Both the position numbers and the translations under genes were made by a program. Below the pieces are notes generated by a model that was not told where the DNA came from, searched no databases, and saw nothing but the letters and a program-made list of their open reading frames with translations. From Eledone cirrhosa (lineage: Eukaryota), in NCBI GenBank assembly GCA_964016885.1, contig OZ024742.1, positions 203,856,001 to 203,920,000 on the forward strand: a DNA stretch of 64,000 bases. Direction: 5' to 3'. Positions 58,505 through 64,000 of this stretch are shown here, in pieces. The stretch's first letter is position 1. Every line of letters starts with the position of its first letter.

Positions 58505-60268
58505 TTACCTCTCTGCGTCCCGGGGTTCGGGTCGCTCAGTTTCCATGGGGCTGGTGGAGGGGTTGATGGGTGGGGTGGTGGTTTGTGGTGGTGTGGGGGT
58601 AATAGTGTGTGGAGGGGTTGGGATCTTTGGAGTTGTGTGGGTGTTTGAGGAGGGGAGGGGAAAACCTTTCAGGAGGACGCGGTTGAGTGGCCTGGTGCAG
58701 GGTGGGCCCACGTCCTCAGGGTAAATGTCTTTCAAAGTTTTGAAAATGTCAAGTGGGATTTTCACCATTTTCAGGTTAGGGAGCCCCATTGCCGTTACGA
58801 AATTCGGCCCTTCGGTTTGTATCGAAGGGTTGGTTTCTATTTTTAAAGTTAGGTTTTCATTGTTTTTGTTTATGTATGTGTAGAGTTTTTGTGTTGTAGT
58901 GTTTGTTTTTGCTTGTTGTTGTTGAGTGAGTTTGCGTTTTATTGTCTGTGTTGTGTTGTCAGGTGGGGTTATTTTTGTTTGTGTGGTGTGTGTACGTTTT
59001 TTTCTTTTCACTTTTTGGAAGGGAGCCCCCTCGTCTTCCGACGATATGAGCTCCTCTTCCGTATTGGAGGGGAGGGGTATATCTCCGGGTTGTGTATGAA
59101 CTGTTTTTGTATTTGTGTTCTGTGGGGTGGGGCTGGGTGGTACCGTGTTTTGGGTTGTTTTTTTGAGCTGTTGTTGATGTTGTTGTTGTTGTTGTGGTGG
59201 TGGTGGTGGTGGTGGTGTTGTTGGTTTTTGTTGTTCTGGTGGTGATGGTAGTGTATTTTGTTGTTTTTGTGATGGTGGTGCTGGTTGTTTTTGTTGTTGT
59301 TGTGGTGTTTGTAGCAGTGGTTTTTTAGTTGTTAGTAGAGGACAGGCCGTCCTCAGGTGACCTCTGCCAGCGCAGTGGTAACATGAGGGTCTCCTGCCTT
59401 CCACTGTGATATTTATGTAGGTTCGCACATCCAGTAGTACTCGGTCGGGTATTCCGGAGATTCTCTCAGGTGTCATCTGTAAGAGAACCTCCAGACTTTT
59501 CCCCCCGAACAGTCCACTGGTGGACTCCCCTGCTGAAATTAGTATGTCCTTATCTAGGTCGGTAAATCCTGTTAGGACGGACCAGATGTTAATTTCTGGC
59601 GTAGGGCTCCACATTCTTATCCTTTGTGTTCTTCTTCCTTTATATGTGGGGAAGAAGGTGTATTGTGGTGACACTATAGGTGCCACCGAATATTTCTGAG
59701 CCAGCATTTCGTCCTTCATTCGGACCATAATGCTGGCATACAGCTTTCCTCTTTGAATAAAGAGTATGTCATTTTTAATTTCTTTCAGAACCAGCTCGAT
59801 TTGACTTTCGGTCAATTGCGCTGGCTTTCTCGTTTCGTTGGTTATGGTTCTGTAGCTTACGGTATTCTTGTAAATCTGTTGACGCACTTCTTCTGGGCAG
59901 TTGATCGTAAAAGAACCATCCTCCCCAAAAGATACGTATTTTCTAGCCTCTAGCAAATTTTCATTGGCGTTCGTGATGTTAATGGCTTTGTATTCCGTGG
60001 CTCTCCTGAGTGTTTGGGCAAAAGAAATTTTGTCTTTGTTTGTTGTTGTAATGTTGTTGGTTTCCTTATTTGTGGTGTTATTTTTTTCTTGAAAATTAAT
60101 TTTTTCATTTGAATTGAAATTCTTTTTTTCATTGGAGAGGAGGGGTTGTTCAACAGTTTGAACTGTTGTTCCCTCTTTCCCGCTTGTTTTTTTGGTCGGC
60201 GTGGCGTTCGCTTCCAATATGGCGATATCGTTTTCGACGATATCGTTATCAACGATATCGATAAACAT
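58505..60268 (-). CDS. LINE ORF1 (gag-like nucleic-acid-binding protein), 587 aa
   Basis: ATG start; CX2CX4HX4C knuckle CYHCAGRGHLRTAC; Q/P/T-rich linker; acidic ISSEDE followed by basic KVKRKKR; lies directly upstream of ORF2. Confidence 0.88.
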   Translation of the reverse strand: MFIDIVDNDIVENDIAILEANATPTKKTSGKEGTTVQTVEQPLLSNEKKNFNSNEKINFQEKNNTTNKETNNITTTNKDKISFAQTLRRATEYKAINITNANENLLEARKYVSFGEDGSFTINCPEEVRQQIYKNTVSYRTITNETRKPAQLTESQIELVLKEIKNDILFIQRGKLYASIMVRMKDEMLAQKYSVAPIVSPQYTFFPTYKGRRTQRIRMWSPTPEINIWSVLTGFTDLDKDILISAGESTSGLFGGKSLEVLLQMTPERISGIPDRVLLDVRTYINITVEGRRPSCYHCAGRGHLRTACPLLTTKKPLLQTPQQQQKQPAPPSQKQQNTLPSPPEQQKPTTPPPPPPPQQQQQHQQQLKKTTQNTVPPSPTPQNTNTKTVHTQPGDIPLPSNTEEELISSEDEGAPFQKVKRKKRTHTTQTKITPPDNTTQTIKRKLTQQQQAKTNTTTQKLYTYINKNNENLTLKIETNPSIQTEGPNFVTAMGLPNLKMVKIPLDIFKTLKDIYPEDVGPPCTRPLNRVLLKGFPLPSSNTHTTPKIPTPPHTITPTPPQTTTPPINPSTSPMETERPEPRDAER

Positions 60269-60442
60269 TTCTGAAATATTTATTTTTCACCCCAAAAGGG
60301 GTGAAAATATATTTACCCGACGTCTAGAGTCCCAGACTAGGGGTTACAGTTAATTATACAAAAGAATTCAAAAGAATCCACTCACAAAATTAGCATGTAA
60401 AAATCCAAATCACAGAGCGATATGACACACGTCTACTATCCT

Positions 60443-60556
60443 CAGACAGACAGACAGACAGACAAGCAGGCAGACATGCAGACAGACAGTAGGATGCAGA
60501 CAGAAAGACAAGTAGACAGACAGACATGCAGATAGACAGATAGACAGTGAGACAAA
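60443..60556. repeat. Imperfect (GACA)n tract between the 5' end of copy B and the 3' end of copy C
   Basis: CAGACAGACAGACAGACA... with GATA/GGCA/TGCA variants. Confidence 0.9.
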
Positions 60557-63500
60557 TTTCTGTTTATTTGCCACTAGGGCACAAAAGAAAGGGACATGTA
60601 CATGGGTGGGGGGAGTTTACATAAAAATCGAGTAAGAAAAATATAACAAACAAAATAGTAACAAGAAGGTCCTCAATAGGGAGGGATCGTTTTGGGGTCA
60701 CACACACCCCCGAAAAAAAGTGTGCGACCCTTCTCCACGGGAGCACAAAGTGAGGGTGCTCCCTCCTTTCTGTTCCACCTACAGGCTGAGGTAGAGAGAA
60801 GGCCCATTCACACGGGCCATTCTCGCAACTTTCACCCACCTTTCATAAAACTGGCTGGAGTAGAGCACCTCTCTCTCCATCCTGATCCTTCTTCCGAAAT
60901 GGTATCGGAAGAAAAGGACCAGTTGTTGGCCGGAGAGAAAGGTGTCCGACCTCAGCCCTTTCAGACGCGTCCACCATATAGCCGCTTTTACCATGGCTAT
61001 TACACAGAGGAAGACCGCCTCTCCTTCATTTTTGAAGGGGGGAGGCGGCTTGATCGTTACAATGGACTCGGTGGTCAACCTAATTGGTCCCACCCGTGAC
61101 AGCAGTTGTTCGACATAGCCCCACAGATCGGCAACGCCCGGGCAGTGCACCAATGCGTGCGCGACGGTTTCCTCGTCGCGCACGCATCTGGGACAGATCT
61201 TTTTCGAGGGGTCCCTACCCGGGCGCCCGTGTCTGTAGAGCTTATCCCGAACGGGCAGAGCCCCTCGGTAGCACTGCCAGGCCAAGGACTTCTGGAAGTT
61301 GTCCATAGGTCCCGGGCCGAAAGTCCTACCGAATAGACTGGCCAGTTCGTCCTCCTCCATGCCTAGGGCTTCTCCGAGGGCGTCGTCGCACCCGCTAACC
61401 ACCAGCCCTCTATAGAATGACGAGGTGGAGTCTCCGTCGATAGCCGGGTCCGCCTGCCAGAGAGCCGTGAGCGCCTGGGCACACTCGGTGTGCCAGTCGC
61501 CCAGTTTTCTCGGTCTTTGCTTCACCCAGGACTGCAGCTCGGTGAGCGAGACGAGCCTCGGGAAGGCTCGCCTCACAAACGGGGCCCACACCGGTTGACC
61601 GGTGAGGAATACGTGGAGGTGCCTTAGCCTCAATGCGTGTTTACGCATTTTTAGCCACGGCATCCCCAGCCCTCCTTTCAAAGGGTGTTGACAGCAGATG
61701 GATCTCCTCACCAGAGGAGACCTCTTCTTCCAAAGGAAATAAAAGAGGGCGCGCTCCATTTTGGCGAGGATCTCACCCGGGCAAGGCACGACAGTCAAGC
61801 GGTAATAGATGACGGACGCTATGTAAGCGTTCGCCACCTCCGCCCGACCTTTTAGGGATAGTTTGCACTCGGCCCACTTCTGGGTCAGTGCAAACACCCT
61901 ATTCGTCACCTCACCCCAGTTTTTTTCCACCTGGAGGTCCGGTCCGAACCAGACCCCAAGCAACTTCACCGGGCCCTCCGTCCACCGTCCGACGATACCG
62001 TCGCACGACATCGCTTTGCCCCTCCACTCGCCGAGTTGCAAAGCGACTGACTTTTCCCGGTTCAGCTTAGCCCCTGTCAACCTTTCGTACTCCTCTAGTA
62101 AGGTGCCGATTGCCTCGATTTCCGAGGCGGTCGACACCATTACTGTTACGTCATCGGCGTAGGCCGACACCGCTTTGCGCAATCCCGGTTCCAAAGGGAT
62201 GCCCTGCAACAACTCCAACTTCCGCAGTAATGGCTCGAGAGTCAACACATACAGAAGGGAGGAGAGAGGGCACCCCTGTCGGATGGAGCGGGTGATTTCG
62301 AACGGCTCCGAAAGGTAGCCGTTCACCTTGACTCTAGAGCAGATGCGGCTGCTGTGCATGGCAGTGATCCAGCCCCTGAAAACGGGTCCGAACCCAGCCG
62401 CCGCTAGCACCGCATCCAGGTAACCATGGTCCACCCTATCGAACGCTTTAGACTGATCTAAATTTATCAGGGCCCCACCAAAGCCGGGTTCGTTCCCAAC
62501 CCTCTCTATGATGTATCGCATGAGGTGGAGGTTGTCGTGGATGGACCTGGACGGGATAGCGCATGTCTGCGCATCTCCCACCAGGCACCCCACGACAAGC
62601 GCCAACCTCTTCGCTAACACCTTCGCCAAAATCTTTAACTCTGCATTTAGCAGAGTTATGGGCCTAAAATTACTAATGTCATCCCCCTTGTTCTCGTCCT
62701 TCCTCACTAGCGAGACTACGCCCTTGGTCACAGAACAGGCAATTCTCCCGTTCTGTTGCCAGTTGCAGTAGACCGCCTCGAGGAGATCGGGGAACAAGTC
62801 CGGCATATTAATATATAGTTCGTAGGGCAGACCATCGAGTCCTGGAGATTTGCGTTTGCCGCATAGGCTCAGCACGTCCCCTATTTCAGCAGCTGAGATC
62901 GGCCCGTCGCAGGACCTCGCCTCCCTGTCCGAAAGACGCGGCAGGCCGTCGAGGTATGGACCGAAATCCACATCTCCAACCGGCTCCCCGCCCCTCCAGA
63001 ACAATTCGGCAAAGTGCCTTTGAAAGGCCTCGCACATTTGCTTAGGTTCAAGGATCAGCCGTCCATCCTGGTCTCGCAAAGACCGGATAGTGGATTTAAT
63101 CCCACTTTTCGCTTCTGTCACGCGGGCCCAGCTAACAGCTTTGGTCCCCTCGTTTCCCAGAGCACGTATTTTGCTTCGGACAACGCAGCCTTCGTGTTTC
63201 GCGTCGAAGAACTGGTTCAAGACCGTTCTTGACGCTTGCACTCTGGCCACGTTGCCGCTTCTCATTGCCTCTTCAACATTAACTACCAACTCCCTTTCCT
63301 TCCTATTTCTATCTGAGGCTAACTCCTTACTAACTCCTATTGAAACTACTCTAATCTCTCTTTTTAGAGAACCCCACCACCTGTTGTTGACGATGGCGCC
63401 CGTCAACTGCTCCTTAACTAAGGTTCTAATCCGGTCCCTGTAAGCTCTACTTGCCGGTAAGGACAAGTTGAGCTTCCAGTAACCGGGTGCCTGCCTATGC

Positions 63501-64000
63501 GTTCTATCAAGGTGGACTACGCAGGTCACTAACTTGTGGTCTGAATAGCCCACCATGAGCATTTCTGGACAACTTAAAAAGTCCCTATCCTTAATTCTAA
63601 CTAAGAACCTATCTAGGTACGATCTAGATTGACCACTGTTATTTGACCAGGTCCAGGTTGGTACAGTCGGAAAATCTAGTCGGTATCTATCGGCCAGGTC
63701 GAATCGGCCGATTAACCCCTTAAGGCTGTTACACCCCCCTCTATCGGGACATGACCCTACATAGTCCCAACGTGCATCTAGGATACCATTCCAGTCCCCC
63801 ACTAAAAGCAAGGAGCGGGACGTCCCTAGAAAAGTCTCCAGACGATGGAAGAAGTCCGACCGCATTGCCCCAAAAGGGGCTTATACGGCGACAAGCCTAA
63901 AAGCTTCGCCTTCGCCATTGCCAAGGTCCAGAACCACGAGTCGACCCTCCGGGTCCAAGTGTACCGTCTGTGTAGCGAGACCCAGATGTTTTTGCAGCAG
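60557..64000 (-). mobile_element. Tx1/L1-clade LINE, copy C (5' part outside window)
   Basis: Same 3' terminus as copy B; highly similar sequence. Confidence 0.95.
60779..64000 (-). CDS. LINE ORF2 (APE-RT-Zn finger), intact within window; true start lies beyond the window end
   Basis: 1028-aa uninterrupted ORF with GDWNG, SDHK, QGCPLS, YADD and CCHC motifs. Collinearity with copy B places the ATG about 216 bp past 64000. Confidence 0.93.

Larger units (their letters stand above)
54829..60440 (-). mobile_element. Tx1/L1-clade LINE, copy B, apparently full length (~5.6 kb)
   Basis: 5' UTR, ORF1, 23-nt spacer, ORF2, 3' UTR ending AATAAACAGAAA; both ends abut (TCTG)n. Confidence 0.95.

Noticed and set aside
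59165-59310. ORF1 linker (KPTTPPPP, CAA/CCA-rich) as the source of the 27-bp satellite
   Set aside because: Similarity is limited to low-complexity triplets; the diagnostic CCCTCAGCA part is absent.
49679-63443. Plus-strand ORFs repeated in each LINE copy
   Set aside because: Antisense shadows of ORF1/ORF2 with no independent motifs.

Overview
Eukaryotic, repeat-dominated window; the SINE motifs and microsatellite load resemble an octopus/cephalopod genome (inference). No host gene with a recognisable domain is visible. Three zones. (1) 1-~35,270: about 1,300 copies of a 27-bp C/A-rich unit (CAGCAACACCAACAACACCACCACCCT) with nested higher-order duplications, including a ~7.9-kb one. It reads as mucin-like TPTTPPPSA on + or GVAEGGGVV on -, broken by six 1-bp deletions; coding status is unresolved. 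(2) ~35.6-49.7 kb: AT-rich retroelement debris, with an R4/Dong-like RLE LINE fragment, tRNA-derived SINEs, Penelope-like RT and GIY-YIG fragments, and two ORF-less repeat families (~420 bp and 559 bp) carrying type I hammerhead ribozyme motifs in direct and inverted copies. A third, degenerate hammerhead is also present. (3) 49.7-64 kb: three head-to-tail Tx1/L1-clade LINEs on the - strand (ORF1 with CCHC knuckle; ORF2 with APE, RT and Zn finger), joined by (GACA)n/(TCTG)n tracts and less decayed from left to right, suggesting microsatellite-targeted serial insertion.
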